Of a stretch of DNA of 24,488 bases, positions 1 to 8,551 are shown one piece after another (the stretch's first letter is position 1; each line of letters opens with the position of its first letter). Made by a program: the position numbers and the translations under genes. Below the pieces are notes generated by a model, which saw nothing but the letters and a program-made list of their open reading frames with translations, was not told the origin of the DNA and did not search any database. This DNA is from Candidatus Dadabacteria bacterium (lineage in GTDB: Bacteria; Desulfobacterota_D; UBA1144; Nemesobacterales; CSP1-2): the NCBI GenBank assembly GCA_040289575.1, contig PSLL01000017.1, positions 6,902 to 31,389 on the forward strand. The letters are read 5' to 3'.

Positions 1-2
1 AA

Positions 3-713
3 AAAGCCGCTCTTTTTGCCTCAGACCTATTTCGAATGTACATCCGCTATGCCGAGAGAAACGGATGGAAGGTCGAGATAATAAGTATGAACGAAACCGG
101 AATCGGCGGCCTCAAAGAGGTAATAATAGCGATAGAGGGAAAGAATGCCTACAGCAGGCTCAAACACGAAAGCGGTGTACACCGGGTTCAAAGGGTACCC
201 ACCACCGAAGCCGGAGGAAGAATCCACACATCCACAGCAACCGTAGTGGCACTTGCAGAGCCCGACGACGTTGAGATTACAATAGATGAAAAGGACTTAA
301 GGATTGACACATACAGGGCTTCGGGCCCCGGAGGCCAGCATGTAAATAAGACCGACTCAGCTATAAGAATCACACATATCCCTACTGGGATCGTCGTCCA
401 GTGCCAGGATGAAAGGTCTCAGCACAAAAATCGTGCAAAGGCAATGAGGATGCTCAAAACCAAGCTCTACGAGGTTGAAGAGAAGAAGCGTCAGAGCGAA
501 ATATCAAGCATGAGACGGACCATGGTGGGTAGCGCTGAGAGAAGCGAGAAGATTAGGACCTATAATTTTCCCCAAAACAGGGTTACAGACCATAGAATCG
601 GGCTTACCCTTTATAAACTCGAAGAGATCTTAGATGGAGACTTAGATGAGCTAATCCAGGCACTGACCACGTATTACCAAACCGAAAGCCTTAAACAAGC
701 CGTTGGGTCATAG
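3..713 (+). CDS. prfA: Peptide chain release factor 1 (5' partial; frame open to the window edge)
   Basis: Frame extends upstream as [12 protein letters not shown]; contains [13 protein letters not shown]1-specific PxT (VPTTE), catalytic GGQ ([13 protein letters not shown]) and [16 protein letters not shown]. Confidence 0.98.
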   Translation, partial: KAALFASDLFRMYIRYAERNGWKVEIISMNETGIGGLKEVIIAIEGKNAYSRLKHESGVHRVQRVPTTEAGGRIHTSTATVVALAEPDDVEITIDEKDLRIDTYRASGPGGQHVNKTDSAIRITHIPTGIVVQCQDERSQHKNRAKAMRMLKTKLYEVEEKKRQSEISSMRRTMVGSAERSEKIRTYNFPQNRVTDHRIGLTLYKLEEILDGDLDELIQALTTYYQTESLKQAVGS

Positions 714-756
714 CCCCTTCAATTTTAAAACTATCCTCTTAACACGCCATTTCGGT

Positions 757-762
757 TAAAAT
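757..762 (+). promoter_or_regulatory. Putative -10 element 6 nt before the ccsA ATG (leaderless-type)
   Basis: TAAAAT-atacgc-ATG; no Shine-Dalgarno; no good -35. Confidence 0.4.
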
Positions 763-768
763 ATACGC

Positions 769-1584
769 ATGAACTGGCACGGAGTCATTGCCCTTTTTTA
801 TTTAGTCTCCTCTATTCTCTATTGTGTTTATCTGTGGACCCAGAATCCAAAGAGCTCGGTCTGGGGATTTCGTACAATTGTAATCGCAGCCACGCTTCAT
901 ACGCTTAGCCTGGTTGCCTTCTACTGGAGGGGCGAACAGATAGTCGGAGGGCTTGACAGGTCTATTTATTTCTTTTCATGGTTTATTGTCCTGGTTTATA
1001 TTATTTCGCATGCGCGGTTTAAAGCCTCTGTATTGGGAGCCTTTGTAACGCCGCTTGCTTTTCTTATGACACTCCCATCCGTCATTCTCCCCAGAGGGAT
1101 TATTGAGCATGACCCGTCTCTTAGGAATCCCTGGATTCTAATCCACATTGCGCTTGTGTTCTTAGGAGAGGCCCTTTTTACAATCGCATTTATTGACGGG
1201 ATTCTCTACCTTTTTGAGGAAAAAAGGATAAAATCAAAGCGTATGGGAAGATTCTTAAAGAAACTGCCGTCTCTTACGGCGCTCGATAACCTTAACCATG
1301 TCTGTCTTCTTGCGGGCTTCCCTTTGCTTACCGTAGGGTTGGCATTAGGAATGCTCTTTGCAAAAGAGATGTGGGGAACGTTTTGGACATGGGAATCAAA
1401 AGAAACCTGGTCTCTGGTCTCCTGGTTTCTCTATGCTGTTCTAATTCACGGAAGGCTTGCCACGGGCTGGAAAGGGAGAAAAGCCGCTGTGGGATCGATA
1501 CTTGGTTTTGGAGTAATCCTCTTTACATTCTTTGTAATCGGGTACTTTGCCCCGGGGCGGCATGATTTTCTCGGAACATACTGA
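769..1584 (+). CDS. ccsA: Cytochrome c assembly protein, CcsA/ResC family
   Basis: Multi-TM protein; WWD-like motif WGTFWTWESKETW; His residues at expected positions (LIHIAL, LIHGR, GRHDF). Confidence 0.88.
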   Translation: MNWHGVIALFYLVSSILYCVYLWTQNPKSSVWGFRTIVIAATLHTLSLVAFYWRGEQIVGGLDRSIYFFSWFIVLVYIISHARFKASVLGAFVTPLAFLMTLPSVILPRGIIEHDPSLRNPWILIHIALVFLGEALFTIAFIDGILYLFEEKRIKSKRMGRFLKKLPSLTALDNLNHVCLLAGFPLLTVGLALGMLFAKEMWGTFWTWESKETWSLVSWFLYAVLIHGRLATGWKGRKAAVGSILGFGVILFTFFVIGYFAPGRHDFLGTY

Positions 1585-1600
1585 TTCTAGTTAATCAAAA

Positions 1601-2785
1601 TTGAAAAAGCTCTACTTTGACTGCTTCTCAGGTGTAAGTGGAGATATGATTGTCGGCTCACTTCTGCAGCTCGGACTGGAATTAGAGGCCCTGGAGAATG
1701 AATTAAACAAGCTCCATATAAAGGGATACAAACTAGACGTCAAGACCGTAAATAGAGCGGGAATTCGGGGATGCAAATTCAATGTCATCTTAACTAAAGG
1801 GCAAGCTGAAAGGAGACTCAAAGATATAAAGAGCATAATACAGAGGAGTAATTTCAAAGATATAACAAAAAAAACCGCGATTTCAATATTTGAAAAGCTG
1901 GCAGAGGTTGAGGCTAAAATCCACGGCGTAGCGCCTGAAGAGGTACACTTTCACGAGATCGGCGCATTAGATTCGATAGTGGATATAGTTGGAACCGTAA
2001 TTGGGATTGACATTCTGGGGATTGATGAGATTTACTCTTCGGCGATCCCTTTTTCAAGAAGTCGAATAAAGATGGAACACGGTGTTTATCCGGGCCCGGC
2101 CCCTGCGGTTTTGGAACTCCTCAGAGGCGTTGAGATGTATGAATCAAATAGAGGAGAAGAACTTATCACCCCAACGGGCGCCGCAATACTATCCGTTCTA
2201 TCAAAGGGATTCGGCCATTTCCCGAGAATGAGGATCTCTAAAATCGGATACGGCGCTGGTACAAGAAATCCGCGTGGTTTTCCAAATGTGTTAAGGGCAA
2301 TAATGGGTGAGGACAACCGATTCTCTCAAGGAATAGAAACGGACAGAGTCGTTGTTATGGAAACGAATATTGACGATATGAACCCGGAAGCGTTTGATAA
2401 CCTTTTTGATAAACTCCTCTCAGAAGATGGGGTCCTCGACGTTTCACTGATAAACATAACGATGAAAAGGGGAAGACCGGGGCAGATTGTTAAAATAATT
2501 TCCCGGCATGATGGAATACAAAGGGTCAGTGAAATCCTCTTTAGGGAATCAACAACAATAGGAGTGAGATACTACGATGCAACACGATTTAAACTCAGAA
2601 GAGAGCAAAAAACCGTATCTACGAGATACGGCAATATAAGGGTAAAGATAGTTGATGAACCTGGGTTAGGAATAAAAAGGGCGAAGCCAGAATATGATGA
2701 TTGCAAGAGGGCAGCTAACCGCCACAAGGTTTCGCTCAGAGAGGTTTACGACGAAGTGAATCTGGTGATTGGCAAAAGCTTATAG
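1601..2785 (+). CDS. larC: Nickel pincer cofactor biosynthesis protein LarC (single ORF, TTG start)
   Basis: N-terminal YFDCFSGVSGDM, VHFHEIGALDSIVDI, ELITPTGAA, ETNIDDMNPE, MKRGRPG, ESTTIGVR, KPEYDDC. Confidence 0.95.
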   Translation: MKKLYFDCFSGVSGDMIVGSLLQLGLELEALENELNKLHIKGYKLDVKTVNRAGIRGCKFNVILTKGQAERRLKDIKSIIQRSNFKDITKKTAISIFEKLAEVEAKIHGVAPEEVHFHEIGALDSIVDIVGTVIGIDILGIDEIYSSAIPFSRSRIKMEHGVYPGPAPAVLELLRGVEMYESNRGEELITPTGAAILSVLSKGFGHFPRMRISKIGYGAGTRNPRGFPNVLRAIMGEDNRFSQGIETDRVVVMETNIDDMNPEAFDNLFDKLLSEDGVLDVSLINITMKRGRPGQIVKIISRHDGIQRVSEILFRESTTIGVRYYDATRFKLRREQKTVSTRYGNIRVKIVDEPGLGIKRAKPEYDDCKRAANRHKVSLREVYDEVNLVIGKSL

Positions 2786-2887
2786 GGACAAACCCTGATT
2801 AGGGACTTGGAATGACTCGATTAAACTAATTCCATACACACAAAGATGCAGATGAAAAAATTAAAAACTGAAATGGATTAAAAATCC

Positions 2888-4066
2888 TCATTTCACCCTT
2901 ATTATCTCTCCTCCACTTAGTGTAAGGATAAGTGGCTTGGGGGAGATTGTTAGGCTTCCGTCCACGTTTTCGTTTATATCAAAGAGCGGATTACTAAAAG
3001 AAAGAAGCCGTCCTTTTATATCCTCCCTTCTCTGTATAGGGGTTTTGAGAATCTGGAGAATCAGACTCGCGGCTTCATAGACCTGATATTCAAGAAACCC
3101 CGGCTCCTCTCCGAATGCGGCTCTGAATTTAGCATCAAAGTCTATCCAACTCTCACTGCCAGGGGAAAAGAAATCCGTAAATATAATTCCATCCGTCTCA
3201 GTACCCAGGGCCTTTAGGAAAGCCCGACTGTTCCATGTGTTTAGCCCAAGAAGGATTAAATCCCTCAGACTATCCTCCTGCCTGAGCTTTGTTATCAACT
3301 GCGCTGAGTGCGTGGCGCTATCGGGAATAAAAACCGCATCGGGATGCCTTGATTTCAACCATTCAATCTCCCCTGAAATGCCAAGGCTCACTGGGTCATA
3401 GGAGCTGATGTATATTATATTACCCCCATACTCTCTTACGGATTTGATAAAAGCCTCTTTAGACAACTCTCCGATTCCAGTTCTTGGATAAAGAACGCCT
3501 AGGGTTTTTATCCTTGCATCCTGCACCGCGTACTTTGCTATCACGCGCGCCTGCTTTTCGAGAGAGTAAGAGAATTTTATAAGGTAAGGATTCCCATCGG
3601 ACACGTCTTCAGAGAGCGGAAACACCAGTGTCGGAATTTTGAGGGATTTGATACTCCCACTTATCTCTCTAATAGAACTGCTGAGAATCGGACCGATTAT
3701 AACAGAGGCCCCGTCTTTTGCCACCATATCTTCAAGTGCTATTCTATGCCCCTCAGAACCCTGACCATTATAGTCCCTTACGACAATTCGAAATCCACTA
3801 TCGGACTGAAATACGCCTGCTGCCATAAGGATCCCTTTTAGCGCCTTTTTCCCTATTAACCCATATTCTCCGCTCAAAGGCAGGAGACATCCTACTGTTT
3901 TAGTGTCTATTTTTTCAGAACCCCCGGGCGATATCAATACCTGGCTGCAGGCATACCTGGAAAACAGACTCAAAAATATAAGAATGAAAAATGAAATGAG
4001 CACTCCCGAAAATGTCTCATATCTCGAACCGCCACAACCCCCTTTAGAATCCGTTTTATAAAACAT
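2888..4066 (-). CDS. Exported type I periplasmic-binding-fold protein, LppC/LpoA C-terminal-like
   Basis: Hydrophobic N-terminal signal; VGCLLPLSGEYGLIG, IIGPILS, DAVFIPDS and LLGLNTWN match LppC-like proteins. Confidence 0.75.
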   Translation of the reverse strand: MFYKTDSKGGCGGSRYETFSGVLISFFILIFLSLFSRYACSQVLISPGGSEKIDTKTVGCLLPLSGEYGLIGKKALKGILMAAGVFQSDSGFRIVVRDYNGQGSEGHRIALEDMVAKDGASVIIGPILSSSIREISGSIKSLKIPTLVFPLSEDVSDGNPYLIKFSYSLEKQARVIAKYAVQDARIKTLGVLYPRTGIGELSKEAFIKSVREYGGNIIYISSYDPVSLGISGEIEWLKSRHPDAVFIPDSATHSAQLITKLRQEDSLRDLILLGLNTWNSRAFLKALGTETDGIIFTDFFSPGSESWIDFDAKFRAAFGEEPGFLEYQVYEAASLILQILKTPIQRREDIKGRLLSFSNPLFDINENVDGSLTISPKPLILTLSGGEIIRVK

Positions 4067-4075
4067 TAATTTGGA

Positions 4076-4084
4076 ATTATAACA
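4076..4084 (-). promoter_or_regulatory. Extended -10 promoter (TGnTATAAT) 9 nt before the ATG at 4066
   Basis: Minus strand reads TGT-TATAAT-tccaaatta-ATG. Confidence 0.55.
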
Positions 4085-4291
4085 TCTAAATTGAATATTG
4101 AGGACTCAAGGCTTCTCAATTTTTTCTTCATTATTACCACATCCACAAGACAAAGAAAACACAAACTATTGGCGATTTTTGTCACATATATATCAGGCTT
4201 ATAACAAACTCTACCTTAATTTTAGTCCGACCCTAGCGAGAAGGATTCAAAAATCCCTTGTTTTTGGTAACTTATATCCCACCTATTCTAT

Positions 4292-4307
4292 TGGCACTGC
4301 CCTTGCT
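4292..4307 (+). promoter_or_regulatory. Sigma54 (RpoN) -24/-12 promoter for the Hpt-receiver operon
   Basis: TGGCAC-tgccc-TTGCT matches the TGGCAC-N5-TTGCW consensus, about 90 nt upstream of the Hpt ATG. Confidence 0.75.
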
Positions 4308-4396
4308 AGATAATGCTATTATACTTAGGGAGAGAACCATAAAGTTCATAATGGGTAGTTTATGAAGTGGTTGATTAATACAAGGAGTGCAGCAAT

Positions 4397-4723
4397 ATGA
4401 TAGAAGACAGCGATACCGAGCAGGATGAAATGATTATCGCACGCGTAGATGTCGAGCTTAAAGAGCTTATAGCCGGATTCCTAGAAAACAGGCATAAGGA
4501 CATCCAATCCATTTTGAAGGCTTTAGACCAAGATGATTATGAAACCCCTCGAATCCTGGGGCACAGTATGAAAGGCTCTGGCGCTGGTTATGGATTTGAT
4601 CCCATAACCGATATAGGTAGATTCATTGAGGAGGCCGCAAAGAATAGAAATCCCGAGGAGATAAGAAAATGGGTGGGTGAGCTTCTAAACTATATCTCGC
4701 GTGTGAAGGTAGTCTATGAATAG
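4397..4723 (+). CDS. Stand-alone histidine phosphotransfer (Hpt) domain protein
   Basis: RILGHSMKGSGAGYGF phospho-His motif; AAGGAG SD upstream; about 100 aa helical. Confidence 0.9.
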   Translation: MIEDSDTEQDEMIIARVDVELKELIAGFLENRHKDIQSILKALDQDDYETPRILGHSMKGSGAGYGFDPITDIGRFIEEAAKNRNPEEIRKWVGELLNYISRVKVVYE

Positions 4724-5003
4724 TTCATCAAAGCCGCTGATGCTATGTATTGATGACGACGAGGATACACTCAATTTGATAGAACTACTCCTGTCAAACG
4801 GCGGCTATAACATGATTACCACCGATGACGGAGACAAAGCCATTGAGATAGCCATCAAATCCAAGCCGGACCTTATACTGGTTGATGTTATGATGCCAGT
4901 AAACGGTTATGATGTTTGTCATAGATTGAGGTCAAACAATGAAACCGCGCATATTCCCATAATATTTACAACCACCCTCTCAACAAGGTTCACTCACATA
5001 TAA
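4716..5003 (+). pseudogene. Truncated response regulator (incomplete receiver domain)
   Basis: CIDDDE and PDLILVDVMMP present; similarity ends after IPIIFTT and the conserved Lys (KP) segment is absent; an IS remnant starts about 80 nt downstream. Confidence 0.75.
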
Positions 5004-5080
5004 CAGATACACATGACATGAATAGATCAAAGACACCAGTCCGTGAATTTAAACTCTCATTGAATCTGCATATACCATTA

Positions 5081-5468
5081 TGCTTTGTTGCAAACATCGA
5101 TAGGATAAAAGAAATATAACAAAGGTACCTTCATTTCTTACAATCACATGGATGTTATATACTACAGCCATAAGCGATACAATTGTCTTCTTGCTTTTCT
5201 CCTTCCTTTCCCTCACACTGTCACCAATTTGAAATCATATAGACTGTATATGCTAAGACTCTCTTCCAACTCTTAATACTGCCTCCCCTATTCTTATGGG
5301 TGGACGAATCCTGATTGGAAGTCCAAAGCGGATATTACCATTAAATCCCCTGCCTATCACTTCTATAAAGGGCATTACTATACTCTTCATCGCATGCCTA
5401 AGATACGGGGCGTCACAGCTGCATAAACTCGCACGGAGAATTAGTCTTACAGTCTTAATTGAATGCAC
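5081..5468 (-). mobile_element. Degenerate IS5-family element, right end with transposase C-terminal fragments (copy 1)
   Basis: Frameshifted minus-strand pieces RLILRA..CDAPYL..EVIG-RGFNG (degenerate second Asp motif), RGGSIKSWKR and IGDSVRERKEKSKKTIVSLMAVVYNIH (IS5-type C-terminus); end tGCTTTGTTGCAAACATC resembles the IS903 terminal repeat GGCTTTGTTGAATAAATC. Confidence 0.72.
5231..5327 (+). repeat. 97-bp exact direct repeat, copy 1 (partner 18526-18622)
   Basis: gaaatcatatagact...gattggaagtccaaa is identical at both positions. Confidence 0.97.
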
Positions 5469-5469
5469 G

Positions 5470-5919
5470 TTAAAACAACCTTCTACTATCCAATAAGATT
5501 GTTACGGGTCCCGAATTGACAAGATGTATATCCATAACAGCGCGGAATTTCCCCGTTTGGACATTGATTCCGCTCTTCTTTATTTCCGCTACAAAAAGGC
5601 GATAGAGCCCTTCAGCCATATCAGGCGGGGCAACCTCATCAAATGACGGACGCCTTCCCTTTCGGCAGTCGGCGTAGAGTGTGAATTGAGAGATAACAAG
5701 AACCTCTCCTTGCACATCTAAAATAGAAAGATTCATCTTTCCCAATTCATCCTCAAATATTCTCAATCCTAAGACCTTCTCAGCTAAATACCGGACATCG
5801 TCCTCAGTATCGTCTTTTTTAACTCCGAGAAGCAGAAGAATCCCCTCTCCGATTTTGCCTACTAATTCCCCCTCTACCTCAACCCGTGCCTCTTTTACCC
5901 TCTGAACTACGGTCCTCAT
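5470..5919 (-). CDS. dtd: D-aminoacyl-tRNA deacylase
   Basis: [26 protein letters not shown] and the Gly-Pro motif NSGPVT. Confidence 0.98.
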   Translation of the reverse strand: MRTVVQRVKEARVEVEGELVGKIGEGILLLLGVKKDDTEDDVRYLAEKVLGLRIFEDELGKMNLSILDVQGEVLVISQFTLYADCRKGRRPSFDEVAPPDMAEGLYRLFVAEIKKSGINVQTGKFRAVMDIHLVNSGPVTILLDSRRLF

Positions 5920-5930
5920 CCTTAATCATT

Positions 5931-6020
5931 TTATCTCAGAAAAACTGCTATCCTAATGACTAGTGCAAGCATCAAGAATACAATTGTTAAGCTCAAAACG
6001 TCCATCTGTTCATTCGTCAT
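5931..6020 (-). CDS. Unannotated 29-aa hydrophobic peptide MTNEQMDVLSLTIVFLMLALVIRIAVFLR
   Basis: AGAAGGAG SD 9 nt before the ATG; one ~20-aa hydrophobic stretch with C-terminal Arg residues; near-consensus promoter upstream; below the ORF-track size cutoff. Confidence 0.6.
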   Translation of the reverse strand: MTNEQMDVLSLTIVFLMLALVIRIAVFLR

Positions 6021-6116
6021 ATTGGAAATCTCCTTCTAGGCTATTAGATGCAAACCCCTATCTAAAGGATGCGATAGCCGATGTCATCCCCTCCTTCGGT
6101 TTAGCACATCATCGAG

Positions 6117-6145
6117 TTTATATTCCTCCCGAAAGGGAGTAAAAT
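6117..6145 (+). promoter_or_regulatory. Putative sigma70 promoter for the LysM gene, overlapping the divergent promoter
   Basis: TTTATA-17 nt-TAAAAT. Confidence 0.4.
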
Positions 6146-6172
6146 TATAACCATAAGTTTCATATTATTCAA
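6144..6172 (-). promoter_or_regulatory. Near-consensus sigma70 promoter facing the small peptide and dtd
   Basis: Minus strand TTGAAT-17 nt-TATAAT. Confidence 0.7.
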
Positions 6173-6186
6173 AGGGGAATGGAGCC

Positions 6187-6501
6187 ATGAGAATCTTACA
6201 AGTGCTGATACTTTCTTTCACATTTTTTATATCTCCCTTAATAAATGCCCAAGAGCTTCCTCCTGAACCCGGAAAGCATGTAATTGTACATACGGTAAAA
6301 AGAGGAGAAGACTTGCATCTGCTTGCAGCATATTACCTACTTAACGCCAGAGACTGGTATAAGATCTATAGCTGGAATTCAGATATAATTAAAAATCAAA
6401 ATATCATTCATCCGGGACAAGAGCTCCTAATTTACGTAGACGATAACTGGACTCCGTCTTACAACCTTGATGAATACGTAAAGAAGATAGGAAGAAAATA
6501 G
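6187..6501 (+). CDS. Small secreted LysM-domain protein
   Basis: Signal peptide ending INA-Q; HTVKRGEDLHLLAAYY...WYKIYSWN..IKNQNIIHPGQEL LysM pattern. Confidence 0.85.
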   Translation: MRILQVLILSFTFFISPLINAQELPPEPGKHVIVHTVKRGEDLHLLAAYYLLNARDWYKIYSWNSDIIKNQNIIHPGQELLIYVDDNWTPSYNLDEYVKKIGRK

Positions 6502-6522
6502 ATTAAGATCACAGGCGAATCT

Positions 6523-7481
6523 TTAAAGCATCACCCCTTGTGCTCCGCCATCCCTTACTATGCTCATAAGCCTGTCTATCAAGCCTCTCTCAACGGCCGA
6601 AATGAGATGAGAGAGGATTTGAGAAAGCCTCTCTGTGCTCTCTACTTTTATTCTGATCTCAATATAGCTCCCCTCAAAGAACGGAGGGTGATGAATACTT
6701 ATCTCCTTTGGCAGACTTAAATCATTTAAACAATCCCTAAACTCCTCCTCAACCTGGGAGAGAAAAGGATACCTCATTAACTTAAGTTCACGCCTAAAAG
6801 AATCGACCCTTACTTGAGACTGACCGACTTTTAATAAGATTTCATCAATCGTTTCATTAATGCTCTTCTTATCTCTAAACGCTATTTCTTGAATTTCTCT
6901 TATAGCTTCCCTTGTTTCGTTTGCATTCAACTTAAACCTAAGAAGCACCTTTACTTAGTACTTCGACCCTCGCAAAGCCCTCCAATTCACTCAGAGCAAG
7001 AGCCTGTTCTATTTTGATTCTCTGAGAGTAAAGGGCGTCTTTTATATCTCTTTCTAATCCGGCAAGGCCCATATACCTTTTTAAGTTCTTAAGAGACGGA
7101 GAAATTCCAATATTTAGTAAGTTCGCCCTCTGTGAGATTACACAATTCTCTAAATTTCAAAATTAGTTCTCCCCTTTCTATATCGCCGAATCTCGCTTGA
7201 TTCTCATAAAATAAGAGCTTTAAGCACTTCTCATTGGATATTTCATCCCACCTGTAGACCCTCGACAAAACCCCATCGAGCATTAATTCCCTACATGCAC
7301 GAAGTCTCCTTCGTCCGCATATAATCTGATATTTTTCCCCTTTTTCCCTTAGAACCGGCGGGTTTATGAGCCCTAATTCATTAATTGAAATTATTAATGG
7401 TGATATATCCCCAACCGAACCCACAAAAAATGTCTCATCGTCAAAATCTATTTTTGATATGGGAATTATACTGAGTTCCAT
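6523..7481 (-). pseudogene. ParB/Srx-like N-terminal domain protein broken by two frameshifts
   Basis: SINELGLINPPVL..YQIICGRRRLRAC (ParB arginine patch); a bridging frame LNIGISPSLKNLKRYMGLAGLERDIKDALYSQRIKIEQALALSELEGFARVEVLS links ORFs 7089-7481 and 6523-6948; shifts near 7117 and 6951. Confidence 0.8.
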
Positions 7482-7576
7482 TGGACAAACGAGTCGCCCG
7501 TGCGAGGAAAGAAAAAGCCAAGTAGAGACAGGTCTAAGATTATCTCCACTTGATAACGCAGATAAAATCGAACCCC

Positions 7577-8551
7577 TTAAAAAACTGTAAAAATTCCAAA
7601 TGCTGTTGCAAGTGTCTGTAGCGGGGCTAAATCCTCCTGTGTCTCAATCCCCTTTTGCACCTGCTTGACTGTATTTTTTGCATCACGGTAGAGTGAGTCG
7701 TCATTTATAATCTTGCCGAGCGTACCCTGCCCCTTATCTATCTTCTTAAGCACCGAGTTCAGGCTCGTGGTTGCTTCCGTTGCCTGATCATATAGAGTTC
7801 GGTCATTGAGCAGTTTTCCAAATGTCCCCTGGGAATTATTCATCTTCTCTGCTAACTGTCCGAGATTTGCCATTGTCTCTTTCGTATTATTATAGAGTGT
7901 TTCATCCTTTACGAGTTTCCCCAGGGTGCCTTTTCCCTTATTTATACTTGTAGAGATTTCGTTAAGACTGGCAAGTGTATCTTTCGCTTGATTATATAGA
8001 GAATCGTCTTTGAGCAACCTCCCTATAGTACCCCGACCGCTTGCGGCTTGAGAGAGCACCGTATCAAGACTACCTAATACGCTGTTTATCTTATCCTTAT
8101 TTTCAGTGAAAACAGACTGGAATGAGTTTACTGTGGATTCTACCCTGGAGAGTATATCGTTTAAATCCGCAGGCTCTTGGCTCGGAAGAACACTTCTCGG
8201 AGGGGCAATTGGAGCCTGTGGAGAGCCAAATGACAGGTTAACATAACTTATACCAACAAAACTCGTAAGTTTGATACTTGCCACAGAATCCGTTTTGATA
8301 GGGGTCCCATTTTTAACCCTAAATGTCACCTCTATCTTTCCATCTACTATCTTTATGTCTGAAACCTTTCCTACCTCAACACCATTGAGTTTTACAGGAT
8401 TATCCTTATTAAGCTCGCCTATAGATTTGAAATAGGTTTTTAGAAAGTACTCCTTTGTAAATAAAGGAATCCCCGCGACAAACTCAAAGATTACAAGGAG
8501 TATCGCTAAACTCACAAAGAAAAATATCCCTACTTTAACCTCTGTTTTCAT
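7577..8551 (-). CDS. mlaD: MCE-family protein MlaD with extended repetitive helical C-terminus
   Basis: MKTEVKVG plus TM helix; MCE motif PVKLNGVEVGKVSDI, ASIKLTSFVGISYVNL; downstream of mlaE and mlaF. Confidence 0.92.
   Translation of the reverse strand: MKTEVKVGIFFFVSLAILLVIFEFVAGIPLFTKEYFLKTYFKSIGELNKDNPVKLNGVEVGKVSDIKIVDGKIEVTFRVKNGTPIKTDSVASIKLTSFVGISYVNLSFGSPQAPIAPPRSVLPSQEPADLNDILSRVESTVNSFQSVFTENKDKINSVLGSLDTVLSQAASGRGTIGRLLKDDSLYNQAKDTLASLNEISTSINKGKGTLGKLVKDETLYNNTKETMANLGQLAEKMNNSQGTFGKLLNDRTLYDQATEATTSLNSVLKKIDKGQGTLGKIINDDSLYRDAKNTVKQVQKGIETQEDLAPLQTLATAFGIFTVF
7631..8038 (-). repeat. Four tandem 34-aa (102-bp period) GxGTLGKLxxDxxLY repeats within MlaD
   Basis: Unit starts at 8038, 7936, 7834 and 7732: GRGTIGRLLKDDSLY, GKGTLGKLVKDETLY, SQGTFGKLLNDRTLY, GQGTLGKIINDDSLY. 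Confidence 0.92.

Noticed and set aside
4098..4313. 71-aa plus-strand ORF
   Set aside because: TTG start without SD, AT-rich regulatory DNA that contains the sigma54 promoter
5253..5496. 71-aa (-) and 66-aa (+) ORFs as independent genes
   Set aside because: The minus ORF is a transposase fragment and the plus ORF is its antisense shadow
6040..6110. c-di-GMP-I (GEMM) riboswitch suggested by GCTAAACC on the minus strand
   Set aside because: The GNRA-capped stem and GACGCAAAGC-type junction do not follow
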